This document shows, piece by piece, positions 1 to 7,909 of a DNA stretch of 36,993 nucleotides. Location: positions 1 through 36,993 of the forward strand of contig CAYWLE010000001.1 in NCBI GenBank assembly GCA_964458825.1, in the 5' to 3' direction. The notes below the pieces were generated by a model, which saw only the letters and a list, made by a program, of their open reading frames with translations, was not told where the DNA came from and made no database searches. The position numbers were made by a program, and so were the translations under genes. The DNA comes from an uncultured Oscillospiraceae bacterium (GTDB taxonomy: Bacteria > Bacillota > Clostridia > Christensenellales > Aristaeellaceae). The stretch's first letter is position 1, and each line of letters starts with the position of its first letter.

Positions 1-1340
1 TTGGGGCGGCGCGTGGTCATCTCGTACCACAGCTTGTGCATGTCCCAGTCCTCGTCGCGGGTGTCCTTGAGCAGCTTGATCCAGAAGTCCGGCAGACCCA
101 TCGATAGCCTGTAGTCAAAGCCCACGCCGCCGCTGCGGATGGGTATCGCCATGCCGGGCATGCCGCTCATTTCCTCAGCGATGGTGATGGCGAAGGGATT
201 CACTGCATGCACCAGCTCGTTTGCCAGCTGGAGATAGGTAATGGCGTCCACATTCGTGTTCAGACCAAAGTATTGGTCGTAGCTTGTGAAGGAGGAGCCA
301 AGCCCGTGATCCTGATAGAGCATGCTGGTCACGCCATCGAAGCGGAAGCCGTCGAAGTGGTATTCGTCCTGCCAAAACTTCAGGTTGCTCAGCAGGAAGT
401 GGATTACCTCATGCTTGCCATAATTGAAGCACATGGTTCCCCATGCGGGATGCCTGCCCCGGTCGCCCTCCATGAAATACTGCTCCTGCGTGCCGTCCAT
501 CTCGTTCAAGCCCTCGCCAACATTTGGGCAGGCGTGGGAATGCACGATGTCCAGCAGCACGAATAGGTTCAGCTGGTGCGCCTTGTTGATGAGGTATTTC
601 AGGTCGTCCGGCTCGCCATACCAAGCCGAGGCTGCAAAGAAATTGGAAACCTGATAGCCAAAGGAGGCGTAGTAGGGATGCTCCAGCACCGCCATAAGCT
701 GCACCGTGTTGTAGCCCAGCTCGGCAATGCGCTGCAAATTGTTGTCTGCAAATTCACGGTAGGAGCCGATGCCCTCCCGCTCCTGCGCCATGCCAATGTG
801 CGCCTCATAGATCACCGGCGTGGTCAGTTTGCGCTTCATATAGCTGCCGTCCGACCAGATAAACCGCCGCTGGGGCGCCCAAATCTGCCCGGCAAAGAGC
901 CGCGTGGATGGATCCTGCACGGCACGGCGGATGTAGGCGGGGATGCGATCGAAAACCTGCTCGCCCCGGCGCACCTGTATCTTCACGCGCTGACCATGCT
1001 GCAAGGCGTCTGCACCCTCCAGCGCGATCTCCCAGTCGCCGCGCTCGTTGATGCGCTTCAGCGGGTGGGACGTGCGATTCCAATCGTTGAAATCGCCGAT
1101 CAGGTTCACCTCGTCCGCGCCGGGCAGCCATTCGCGGTATACCCAGCCCGTCTCCGTGCGGTTAAAGCCATAATACATATATCCGTTGGCGAAGGAGCTT
1201 AGGTCAGCCTTGTCGCCCAGCAGCTTGCGGCGCACATCGCTGTTGCGCTGCATGCGAAGATCGATCTCCTTTGCAAAGGGCTTCAGCCATGGATCGATCG
1301 AAAGAATCTTGTATGCAATCTGTCGTGGTGCCTTTTTCAC
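1..1340 (-). CDS. glgB: 1,4-alpha-glucan branching enzyme (GH13), N-terminal ~446 codons; C-terminus lies beyond the window start
   Basis: Absent from the ORF track because it runs off the window. My reverse-strand translation starts at GTG 1340, with GGAGG about 8 nt upstream. It reads VKKAPRQIAYKILSIDPWLKPF...GWVYREWLPGADEVNLIGDFNDWN...LLDIVHSHA...FDGFRFDGVTSMLY...ITIAEEMSGMPG. These are GH13 conserved regions I-III in a branching-enzyme context. Confidence 0.85.
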   Translation of the reverse strand, partial: MKKAPRQIAYKILSIDPWLKPFAKEIDLRMQRNSDVRRKLLGDKADLSSFANGYMYYGFNRTETGWVYREWLPGADEVNLIGDFNDWNRTSHPLKRINERGDWEIALEGADALQHGQRVKIQVRRGEQVFDRIPAYIRRAVQDPSTRLFAGQIWAPQRRFIWSDGSYMKRKLTTPVIYEAHIGMAQEREGIGSYREFADNNLQRIAELGYNTVQLMAVLEHPYYASFGYQVSNFFAASAWYGEPDDLKYLINKAHQLNLFVLLDIVHSHACPNVGEGLNEMDGTQEQYFMEGDRGRHPAWGTMCFNYGKHEVIHFLLSNLKFWQDEYHFDGFRFDGVTSMLYQDHGLGSSFTSYDQYFGLNTNVDAITYLQLANELVHAVNPFAITIAEEMSGMPGMAIPIRSGGVGFDYRLSMGLPDFWIKLLKDTRDEDWDMHKLWYEMTTRRP

Positions 1341-1480
1341 AAATATACACCTCCATTACTTATTATATCATCCTAGATACAAAAAGCAAAGTTAAATAAA
1401 ACATAATTTTATCCGATGGACTGGGGAATAAAAGCCGCCGCTCGCCATATGAATACATTGCAGGAGGGAGGCAGTCGGCC

Positions 1481-2356
1481 ATGCCAAGCCGGTCAAGTAA
1501 TTTAGCAGCCAAGAGCCTTGCCGCTCTTCTGGAGCCGTGGCTTGCGGAAATGGTTCTTGCGCAGGGGGACAGGCTCTGCGAGCTTCGACTGCGCATTGAC
1601 CAGCCAGCCATGCTCAGGCTCCTCGATGGAAGCCAGCTTTCGGGCGATATCGTGTCCAGGGTAGCGCTGCATGAAACCCTCGCCCGCATGATGGAGGATA
1701 GCCTCTATGCCCGGGAGGAGGAGCTTCGGCAGGGCTACTTCACCATGGGCGGTGGCGTGCGCGTGGGCGTATGCGGCAGCATAAGCGCCCGGAACGGCGC
1801 GGTGCAGGCAATATCCGCCGTGTCCTCCCTCTGCGTGCGCATACCAAGGCAGGTTCTTGGCTGCGGCGAGGCTCTGTGGCGCGGCAAGCCAGAAAGCCTG
1901 CTGATCCTGTCGCCGCCGGGGCTTGGCAAGACAACCATCGCCCGGGATGTCGCCCGCCTTGCCTCGGATGCAGGCTTTAATGTCGCCGTGGCGGATGAGC
2001 GTCGGGAGCTTTCCGCCTGTCGGGAGGGAGTGAGCCAATTCGACCTTGGCTGTCGAACGGATGTGATGGATAACTGTCCCAAGCACATCGCCATCCCCAT
2101 GCTGCTGCGTGCCTGCGCGCCCGAGCTGATCGTGGTGGATGAGATCGGCAGCCCGGCGGATGCAGCTGCGCTGCGGGAAGCCAGCCGCTGCGGCGTGCAG
2201 CTGCTTGCCACCGCCCATGCATCCAGCATCGAGGCAGCCAGCCTGCGCTTTCCAAGCCTCATGGGCAGCGTCTTTACCCGGGCAGCTCTGCTGGGTCCTA
2301 AGCCCGGCAGGCTTGCATCTGTCCATGAGCTTGCCTTGCCCAAACCTGAACCTTGA
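1481..2356 (+). CDS. spoIIIAA: stage III sporulation protein AA (AAA+ ATPase)
   Basis: 291-aa ORF with GGAGGGAGG upstream of the ATG. Walker A is SPPGLGKTT and the Walker B-like motif is LIVVDEIG. It is the first gene of an eight-gene cluster in spoIIIA order. Confidence 0.85.
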   Translation: MPSRSSNLAAKSLAALLEPWLAEMVLAQGDRLCELRLRIDQPAMLRLLDGSQLSGDIVSRVALHETLARMMEDSLYAREEELRQGYFTMGGGVRVGVCGSISARNGAVQAISAVSSLCVRIPRQVLGCGEALWRGKPESLLILSPPGLGKTTIARDVARLASDAGFNVAVADERRELSACREGVSQFDLGCRTDVMDNCPKHIAIPMLLRACAPELIVVDEIGSPADAAALREASRCGVQLLATAHASSIEAASLRFPSLMGSVFTRAALLGPKPGRLASVHELALPKPEP

Positions 2357-2377
2357 TCCAATGAAAGGGAGTGCGCC

Positions 2378-2881
2378 ATGCTCAAGGCTGTTCTGCTTAG
2401 CGTTGTCCTCGCTGCCTGCGCCTGCGGGGGACGGTCGCTCTGCTGCGGAAAGAAGCGCCGCGCAGCCATGCTTGCCGATCTGCTGGCTGGCCTGCGGGTG
2501 CTGCGGCTGCGCATGCTCAATTCCGTGGAACCCATCGGCGTGCTTCTGCGCAGGAGCGATGCCGCGCTGCTTAAGCAGCTGGGCGATAGCCTGCGCGAGG
2601 GTGCGAGCCTTAAAGCCTGCTGGCAGGAGCTTCGGCTCGCCCAAAGCCGTCGCGGCGGCATGCTCGATAGCCTCGCTAGCGATGATATCGCCATATTCGA
2701 TGATCTCCTGCGCCACCTCGGTCAGAGCGGCAGGGAGGAGCAGAGCGAGCTTCTCAGCACCGTTATTGCCCGCATGGAGGAGGCGAGCGCCGCCGCCCAG
2801 AAGCGCTTTCAGGATGCATCCAAGACCTATACCGCGCTGGGCGCGCTCGCGGGCGTGGCTCTGTGCATACTGCTGGTTTGA
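2378..2881 (+). CDS. spoIIIAB: stage III sporulation protein AB
   Basis: 167 aa with an N-terminal TM segment and a helical soluble part. AAAGGGAG RBS. Size and position (second gene) match SpoIIIAB. Confidence 0.7.
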   Translation: MLKAVLLSVVLAACACGGRSLCCGKKRRAAMLADLLAGLRVLRLRMLNSVEPIGVLLRRSDAALLKQLGDSLREGASLKACWQELRLAQSRRGGMLDSLASDDIAIFDDLLRHLGQSGREEQSELLSTVIARMEEASAAAQKRFQDASKTYTALGALAGVALCILLV

Positions 2882-2944
2882 TCGCCATAAGCAGAATCGG
2901 CAAGCAAGCCATAGCAAGCAAAACCTGCCCTGTCGGAGGCAAGC

Positions 2945-3145
2945 ATGGACATCAGCTTCGTATTTCGTATCGGCGCCATCGGCGTGCTCATTACCGTGAT
3001 CTCACAGATACTCAGCCGTGCGGGCAGGGAGGACATCGCCTCCCTCGCCACCCTTGCCGGGCTGATCGTGGTACTTATGATGGTTCTGAACATGCTTGCC
3101 GAGTTCTTTTCCAGCATAAAGGCGATGTTTGATCTCGGTCTGTAG
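2945..3145 (+). CDS. spoIIIAC: stage III sporulation protein AC
   Basis: 66-aa two-TM hairpin protein (FRIGAIGVLITVISQIL...LAGLIVVLMMVLNML). GGAGG RBS. Typical size and position. Confidence 0.75.
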   Translation: MDISFVFRIGAIGVLITVISQILSRAGREDIASLATLAGLIVVLMMVLNMLAEFFSSIKAMFDLGL

Positions 3146-3163
3146 CTCGGGAGGTACCTGCCG

Positions 3164-3550
3164 ATGCATATGCTGCGCATACTTGCCCTCTGCCTGTCTG
3201 CCGCGCTCATTTGTGCAGCCATACGCAGCAGCCATCCACAGGTCGCCATGGCTGTGGCACTTGGCTGTGGCGCGGGGGTCATGCTGCTCTCGCTGGAGGA
3301 TATCTCCGCTCTGGCAAGCCTCCTTGCAAGGCTGGATGACGTCACTGCCCGCGCAGGCATGGATGGTTCGAGGCTCATGCGCATCTGCGGCGTGGCGATG
3401 GTTGCCGAGTTTGCCTCGGATATCTGCCGCGACGCCGGGGAAGCAGCCCTCGCCAGACGCATCGATGTGGGCGTTCGCCTTGGCGTGGCTGCCTCGTCGC
3501 TGCCAGCCGCCCTCAGCCTGATGGAGCGCATTGCGGAGCTGCTGGCATGA
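3164..3550 (+). CDS. spoIIIAD: stage III sporulation protein AD
   Basis: 128-aa polytopic membrane protein with ICGVAMVAEFASDICRDAGEAALA. GGGAGG RBS. Its stop overlaps the next start (ATGA). Confidence 0.75.
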   Translation: MHMLRILALCLSAALICAAIRSSHPQVAMAVALGCGAGVMLLSLEDISALASLLARLDDVTARAGMDGSRLMRICGVAMVAEFASDICRDAGEAALARRIDVGVRLGVAASSLPAALSLMERIAELLA

Positions 3551-4659
3551 TGCTCAGGCGCGCCATACTTGCCCTGCTCCTTCTGCTTGCCCTCGCCGAG
3601 CCAGCCATAGCCGAGGCAGACGTCGCTCAAGCGCCGGAGAGCTACCTTGCCGAGCTCGACCTTGCTCCCATAGAGGATTTTGCTGCCAAACATGCCCCTG
3701 AGCTTGACCTTCGCGCCACGGCGGAGAGCATCCTCAAGGGTGAAGCGGAGCTGGATGGCGTGGCTGAACTGCTGCTGCAAAGGCTTGCCGGGCCAGCAGA
3801 GGAAATCCTCGCCTGCGCCGCAAGAGCCGTCGGCCCCGCCGCTCTGCTGATTCTGCTCAGCTGCACCATGCAGGGCGACAGCGCCCGCCTGCTGCTTCGG
3901 ATCAGCCTGCTTGGCGTGCTTATGGATGCCGCATGCATCTCAATCGATGCAGCTACAGCCTGCCTGCAAACCGCCTCTGGTTTCTCCAATGCCGCCGCGC
4001 CGGCGCTTGCCGCCCTCATGGCAGCCACGGGCATGGGCAATTCCGCTTCCATTATCTCGCCTGCGGCAGCCTTGGCAGGCAGCATCGTGGAAAGGCTGTT
4101 CGTCAGCGTCGGCATGCCTCTGTGCCGCGCCGCCCTATGCACAGCCTGTGCCTCGGGCTTTGGCGATGGTTTGCGTCTGGATCGCCTGACCAAGCTCATC
4201 CGCAGGTGCTGTGCTTGGCTGGTTGGGCTTGGCTTTACCCTCTTTACCGCCCTCATCGCCCTTGAAGGCAGCATGGCGGTCAAGCTGGATGGCTTGTCCC
4301 TGCGCACAGCCAAGTTTGCCGTGGATAGCGCCGCGCCCGTCATCGGCAGCGGCATGAGCGACGCTTGGGAGAGCTACGTCGCCGGTATCTCCGCCGCCCG
4401 CAGTGCCGTGGGGATCAGCGGCATGCTGATGCTGCTCCTTGCCGCCGCCCAGCCCGTGCTCCGCTCACTGGGATCAATGCTGCTGCTCCAGCTCTGCGGC
4501 GCGGCACTGGATATCTTCGGCGAAGAGCATGCCGCCCGCGCCTGCGAGCAGCTCTCAAGCGTTAGCCGAATGACGCTGGAGCTGTCCACCGGAGCCATTG
4601 CCATCGCCATGATCCTCCTCGGGTCGCTGGTCTTCATCGGGCAAAGCATCGCAGGCTGA
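3547..4659 (+). CDS. spoIIIAE: stage III sporulation protein AE
   Basis: 370 aa with a signal-like N-terminus followed by multiple TM segments. Translationally coupled to spoIIIAD. Position matches SpoIIIAE. Confidence 0.75.
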   Translation: MMLRRAILALLLLLALAEPAIAEADVAQAPESYLAELDLAPIEDFAAKHAPELDLRATAESILKGEAELDGVAELLLQRLAGPAEEILACAARAVGPAALLILLSCTMQGDSARLLLRISLLGVLMDAACISIDAATACLQTASGFSNAAAPALAALMAATGMGNSASIISPAAALAGSIVERLFVSVGMPLCRAALCTACASGFGDGLRLDRLTKLIRRCCAWLVGLGFTLFTALIALEGSMAVKLDGLSLRTAKFAVDSAAPVIGSGMSDAWESYVAGISAARSAVGISGMLMLLLAAAQPVLRSLGSMLLLQLCGAALDIFGEEHAARACEQLSSVSRMTLELSTGAIAIAMILLGSLVFIGQSIAG

Positions 4660-4664
4660 GCAAA

Positions 4665-4865
4665 ATGAACGCAAGGGAGGCTTGTCCCGTGGGAGATACC
4701 CTGCTGCTTATCTGCTGCCTGTCGCTCACAGCCGCACTCTGCCGCCTGATTCTTTCGTCAAATCGCAGCTTCCCAGCCGTGCGCATGGCGCTGGGCATAC
4801 AGGCTGTGCTTGCCCTGCTCGAACAGCTTTTGAGCCTGTGGCGGAAGCTGACGGAAGCCCTGTAA
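4665..4865 (+). CDS. spoIIIAF: very short SpoIIIAF-position membrane protein (58-66 aa)
   Basis: Called from its position between AE and AG and its two hydrophobic segments. An in-frame GTG at 4689 has a better RBS (AAGGGAGG, 4673-4680) than ATG 4665. No soluble C-terminal domain is encoded. Confidence 0.45.
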   Translation: MNAREACPVGDTLLLICCLSLTAALCRLILSSNRSFPAVRMALGIQAVLALLEQLLSLWRKLTEAL

Positions 4866-4902
4866 CCAGCCAAACCAACCAAACGAACGAGGGTGAAGCA
4901 GC

Positions 4903-5244
4903 GTGAAGCAATTCTTGAACGCGCTCAGAGCTGCGCGGAAGCTGGAACTATGCATACTTACCCTCGCGCTTGCCGTCGCGCTGCTCCTGCTGGTCAATTC
5001 CGGCGGAATGAACGGGGGAGAGGCGAGCGGCGAGGAGCGGCGCATGCAGCGCATCCTATCCGCCATCGACGGCGCGGGCAGAGTGCGTGTCATGCTCTCC
5101 AGCGATGCAAACGGCGGCTATACCGGCGCGGTGATCGCCGCCTCCGGTGCGAATGAAATTCTGGTTCAGCTGAGGATCCAGAGCGCTGTGCAGACCCTGA
5201 CCGGGCTGGAGCTTGAAAGGATAGATGTCGTTCGCCTCGGCTGA
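4903..5244 (+). CDS. spoIIIAG: stage III sporulation protein AG, minimal form (TM + ring-building-motif-like domain)
   Basis: GTG start with GAGGGTG RBS. N-terminal TM (LCILTLALAVALLLLV). The rest reads EERRMQRILSAIDGAGRVRVMLS...GAVIAASGANEILVQLRIQSAVQTLTGLELERIDVV. This resembles the SpoIIIAG signature (ILS.I.G.G.V.V...GVLVVA.GA). Confidence 0.6.
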   Translation: MKQFLNALRAARKLELCILTLALAVALLLLVNSGGMNGGEASGEERRMQRILSAIDGAGRVRVMLSSDANGGYTGAVIAASGANEILVQLRIQSAVQTLTGLELERIDVVRLG

Positions 5245-5277
5245 CGCAGCCGCAGCAATAAGGTAAAAATAGAATGA

Positions 5278-5784
5278 TTGGAGGGATGCATCATCAGCCT
5301 TGCTAAGCTTAGCTATCGCCTCGTACTATTCGCCGCCCTTCTGGGCACGGGTTTTACCTTGGGCTATGTGCGGGGAGGAGGTGCCGCCATGCCCGTGGCT
5401 GCTTCATCGGTGGAGATACCAGCCAGCCAAGGCAGCGCCGCAGCCTTCCGCACCGAGCGGCAGCAGCTTCGCGCCATGGAGCGCGCCCAGCTAAACGATA
5501 TCATCCATGCCGCCGAAACCGATGAAGGCGTGCTTGCGCTCGCCCAGCGTCGGCTGGTGGATATCTCAAAATCCGAGGAGCAGGAAACCACCCTCGAGGG
5601 TCTGCTTGCTCTGCGGGGCTGGGAGGGCTGCGTCGTCACTGTGCATGAGGGCGGCGTGAACATTCTGGTTCCTGCGGAAATGCTCACCCGCCAGCAGAGC
5701 AGCATCATACTCGACCTTGCCTGCCGGGAAACCGGCGCGCAAGCGGGAAATGTGAAGATCATTCCGATAAATTCAGAGAAATAA
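5278..5784 (+). CDS. spoIIIAH: stage III sporulation protein AH (SpoIIIAH-like)
   Basis: 168 aa with an N-terminal TM. The sequence continues FRTERQQLRAMERAQLNDII...LLALRGWEGCVVTVHEGGVNILV...SSIILDLACRETG. Last gene of the operon. The start (TTG 5278) is uncertain because no clear SD precedes it. Confidence 0.65.
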   Translation: MEGCIISLAKLSYRLVLFAALLGTGFTLGYVRGGGAAMPVAASSVEIPASQGSAAAFRTERQQLRAMERAQLNDIIHAAETDEGVLALAQRRLVDISKSEEQETTLEGLLALRGWEGCVVTVHEGGVNILVPAEMLTRQQSSIILDLACRETGAQAGNVKIIPINSEK

Positions 5785-5787
5785 AGA

Positions 5788-5816
5788 TTGCGCATTGACA
5801 AATGTTCTGCTATAAT
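5788..5816 (+). promoter_or_regulatory. candidate sigma-A promoter for asp23 (TTGCGC-17 nt-TATAAT)
   Basis: TATAAT lies at 5811-5816 and TTGCGC at 5788-5793 with a 17-nt spacer, about 25 nt upstream of the AAGGAGG RBS. Confidence 0.45.
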
Positions 5817-5841
5817 AAAGAGGATAAAGGAGGTCTGAAAA

Positions 5842-6411
5842 ATGAGCGAAAATTATCAGCCCGATGTCAAGCTGGATGAAAATCCCAATGGCACGGTTTC
5901 CTTTGCGACGGACGTCGTAGCAACCATCGCCGGTCTCGCTGCCACCGAGGTGGAGGGCGTTGCCAGCATGTCCAACCAGAACGGCGGCTTTGTCGCGGAT
6001 ATGTTTTCCCGCAAAAGCAGCCGCAACTTCACCAAGGGCGTGCGCATCGATCTTGACGGCAATAAAGTCACCGTGGACGTTACCATCGTCGTGGAATATG
6101 GCTCCCCCGTGCCGGATGTTGCCCACAGCATTCAGGAAAATGTAAAGAAGGCTATCGAAACCATGTCCGGTCTGGATGTGCATGCGGTGGATGTGCATGT
6201 TTCCGGCATCAGCTTTGAGCGTGAGCAACGCGCCACTGCCGAGCTGGACGAGCAGAGAAGAAAGATGCTCGAGGAAGCCGAGCGTGCAGCCGCCTCCAAC
6301 ATTCCCGATGAACCCTCGCCCGTGAACGAGGCTGAGGATGACCTCGACGATGATATCGACCTTGACGACGATATCGCCTCCGAGGACGAAGCTACCGAAG
6401 AAGGGGAATAA
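5842..6411 (+). CDS. asp23: Asp23/Gls24-family alkaline shock protein with acidic C-terminal tail
   Basis: The N-terminus GTVSFATDVVATIAGLAATEVEGVASMS and the segment VTVDVTIVVEYGSPVPDVAHSIQENVKKAIE are typical Asp23 features. Strong AAGGAGG RBS. The tail is DDLDDDIDLDDDIASEDEATEEGE. Confidence 0.85.
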   Translation: MSENYQPDVKLDENPNGTVSFATDVVATIAGLAATEVEGVASMSNQNGGFVADMFSRKSSRNFTKGVRIDLDGNKVTVDVTIVVEYGSPVPDVAHSIQENVKKAIETMSGLDVHAVDVHVSGISFEREQRATAELDEQRRKMLEEAERAAASNIPDEPSPVNEAEDDLDDDIDLDDDIASEDEATEEGE

Positions 6412-6465
6412 GAAGGGGAATAACCAAGGCAATCTTTCCCCTGACCCTGCAAGGAGGGGTATAAT

Positions 6466-7275
6466 ATGAAAATCAGCTTTGGCAAGCGCCTCCTGCTCAT
6501 ACTGCACTGGCTGCTTTCCATCCTTTGCTGCGCCGCGCTGGTTGCGGCGTGCATCTCGCCCCAGCTGGTTGATGCGGCGCGCGCCTCCCTCAACCGCACC
6601 CTCGGCGCGGATATCACCGCGGTGGCGTTCATTGCCGCGCTGTGCATCTATGCGCTGCTGAGCGTACTGAGCGCGCTGCTCCTCTTCTCCAGCAGCGAAA
6701 GGAGAGAGGATCGCGGCTTCATCACCGTGGATTCCAGCGATACCGGTCGCACCCGCATTGCCATCGGCGCTGTGGAGCAGATGATCCGTCAGGCTGTGCG
6801 CGGCGTGGATGGCGTGGCCGATATGAAAACCTCCATCACCAATAATGAGGACGCCATCTCCATCAGCTGTAGCGTGGCTCTCGCCAGCGGCGCACATGTG
6901 CCCACCGTCACCATGAATATGCAGCGCGCCATTCGCAGCTATATCGAGCTGAACTGCGGCGTTGCCGTGCGCGATATCAGCGTCAGCGTCCATACCCTTG
7001 AGGATGGCGAGGGCAGCAAGCATTCCCGCCGCAAGGCTGTGCAGCCCACGCCGGCGGCAGCGCTGTCGACGCCGGAAAACCAGCCCGCCATGCCCTTCTC
7101 CGAGCCTTATATCGAGCCTACCGCGGATCTTCCGGCTGAAGCTCCTGTTGAAGCGGCTGCGGAGGAGGCTGTCGAGGTTTCCTCCGAGGTAGACGAGCTG
7201 CCGGAGCTTCAGCCCATCAGCCTTACCCTCGACCCGCCTGCCGATGTTCAGGAGTCCGAGTCCGAAGGGGAGTAA
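6466..7275 (+). CDS. membrane-anchored Asp23-like protein (AmaP-like) with long Pro/Glu/Ala-rich tail
   Basis: Two N-terminal TM segments are followed by an Asp23-like core (RIAIGAVEQMIRQAVRGVDGVADMKTSI...RDISVSVHTL). About 80 aa of low-complexity tail follow. AAGGAGG RBS. Lies directly downstream of asp23. Confidence 0.6.
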   Translation: MKISFGKRLLLILHWLLSILCCAALVAACISPQLVDAARASLNRTLGADITAVAFIAALCIYALLSVLSALLLFSSSERREDRGFITVDSSDTGRTRIAIGAVEQMIRQAVRGVDGVADMKTSITNNEDAISISCSVALASGAHVPTVTMNMQRAIRSYIELNCGVAVRDISVSVHTLEDGEGSKHSRRKAVQPTPAAALSTPENQPAMPFSEPYIEPTADLPAEAPVEAAAEEAVEVSSEVDELPELQPISLTLDPPADVQESESEGE

Positions 7276-7371
7276 GCCTTCCACCTATGCAGTCCGGCGG
7301 CGATGCATGCCCTGCACCGCCGCGCTGGTTCTGCGCACAAAGCAATATACAGAGAAATTGAGGTATCCACC

Positions 7372-7770
7372 ATGGATAGAAAAATGGCCCGCGCCCACGC
7401 AATGAAGCTGATCTACGAATGGGAAATGGGCGGCGACGGCGGCGAAGATACCCGCATAAACCTGCTGGGCGTAGCGCCCGGCGAAAAGGAAGCTGAATAT
7501 ATGAACCGCATGTTCGAGGGCGTTGTCTTCGAAAAGGACGCTCTGGATGCGCGCATATCCGGCAGCCTGCATGGCTGGACGATCGACCGCCTCTCCAAGG
7601 TGGATCTTGCCATACTCCGCCTCGGCGCCTATGAGCTGAGCCTTGGCGAGGTTCCTGCCGGCGTGGTCATCAACGAAGCTGTGGAGCTGGCAAACCAGTT
7701 TTCCACCGATAAGGCAGGCTCCTTTATAAACGGCGTGCTCGGCCATCTCTCCCGCGAGGAGGAAGCCTGA
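7372..7770 (+). CDS. nusB: transcription antitermination factor NusB
   Basis: Start chosen at ATG 7372 (GAGGT RBS) rather than the track start 7303. Sequence includes ARAHAMKLIYEWEMGG...DLAILRLGAYEL...VVINEAVELANQF...FINGVLG. Confidence 0.85.
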   Translation: MDRKMARAHAMKLIYEWEMGGDGGEDTRINLLGVAPGEKEAEYMNRMFEGVVFEKDALDARISGSLHGWTIDRLSKVDLAILRLGAYELSLGEVPAGVVINEAVELANQFSTDKAGSFINGVLGHLSREEEA

Positions 7771-7797
7771 TCCGCAGCCGCTCTCGCGCCAAACCAA

Positions 7798-7834
7798 GCC
7801 TTTGCTGTCCTCGAAGCGGCAGGGGCTTTCTTTA
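7798..7834 (+). terminator. hairpin + T-rich tract between nusB and xseA (terminator/attenuator candidate)
   Basis: GCCTTTGCTG (7798-7807) pairs with CGGCAGGGGC (7817-7826). This gives 10 bp including 3 G-U pairs. TTTCTTTA follows. Confidence 0.4.
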
Positions 7835-7909
7835 TGGCGGGCTTCACAAAAATATGCCCTCGCCGTGGCTGATCGTATTGAGCAAAAAAACGGCTTCAAG
7901 GATAAACCA

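Noticed and set aside
207-1202. + strand ORFs 207..566 and 576..1202, and short - strand ORFs in 175..1131
   Set aside because: The region is fully explained by the - strand glgB reading frame, which has continuous GH13 motifs. That frame is missing from the track because it runs off the window.
1426-1459. Sigma-E-like promoter for spoIIIA (GAATAAAA ... CATATGAATACATT)
   Set aside because: It resembles the mother-cell sigma-E -10 (CATACA-T) and the ATA-rich -35. I could not fit consensus and spacing convincingly by eye, so it is not reported as a feature.
1502-2917. 471-aa - strand ORF, plus 1735..2694 (-) and 2139..2999 (+), overlapping spoIIIAA/AB
   Set aside because: These lie antisense or out of frame to genes with clear motifs (Walker A, operon order and RBSs). 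Their composition is Ala/Arg/Gly/Pro-rich and low-complexity, as expected for spurious ORFs in GC-rich DNA. No RBS is present.
4665-4906. Possibility that the short SpoIIIAF results from a frameshift (overlapping ORF 4682..4906)
   Set aside because: The alternative frame translates to Pro/Ser/Arg-rich sequence unlike any SpoIIIAF soluble domain. The next gene starts 37 nt after the stop with its own RBS.
5795-5816. Perfect TTGACA (5795-5800) upstream of TATAAT (5811-5816)
   Set aside because: The spacer is only 10 nt, which is incompatible with sigma-A geometry. The TTGCRC-type -35 at 17 nt (TTGCGC, 5788-5793) is reported as the candidate instead.
5773-7284. 503-aa - strand ORF opposite asp23 and the AmaP-like gene
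   Set aside because: It is antisense to two genes with strong RBSs and family motifs. The translation is low-complexity and Gly/Ala/His-rich.
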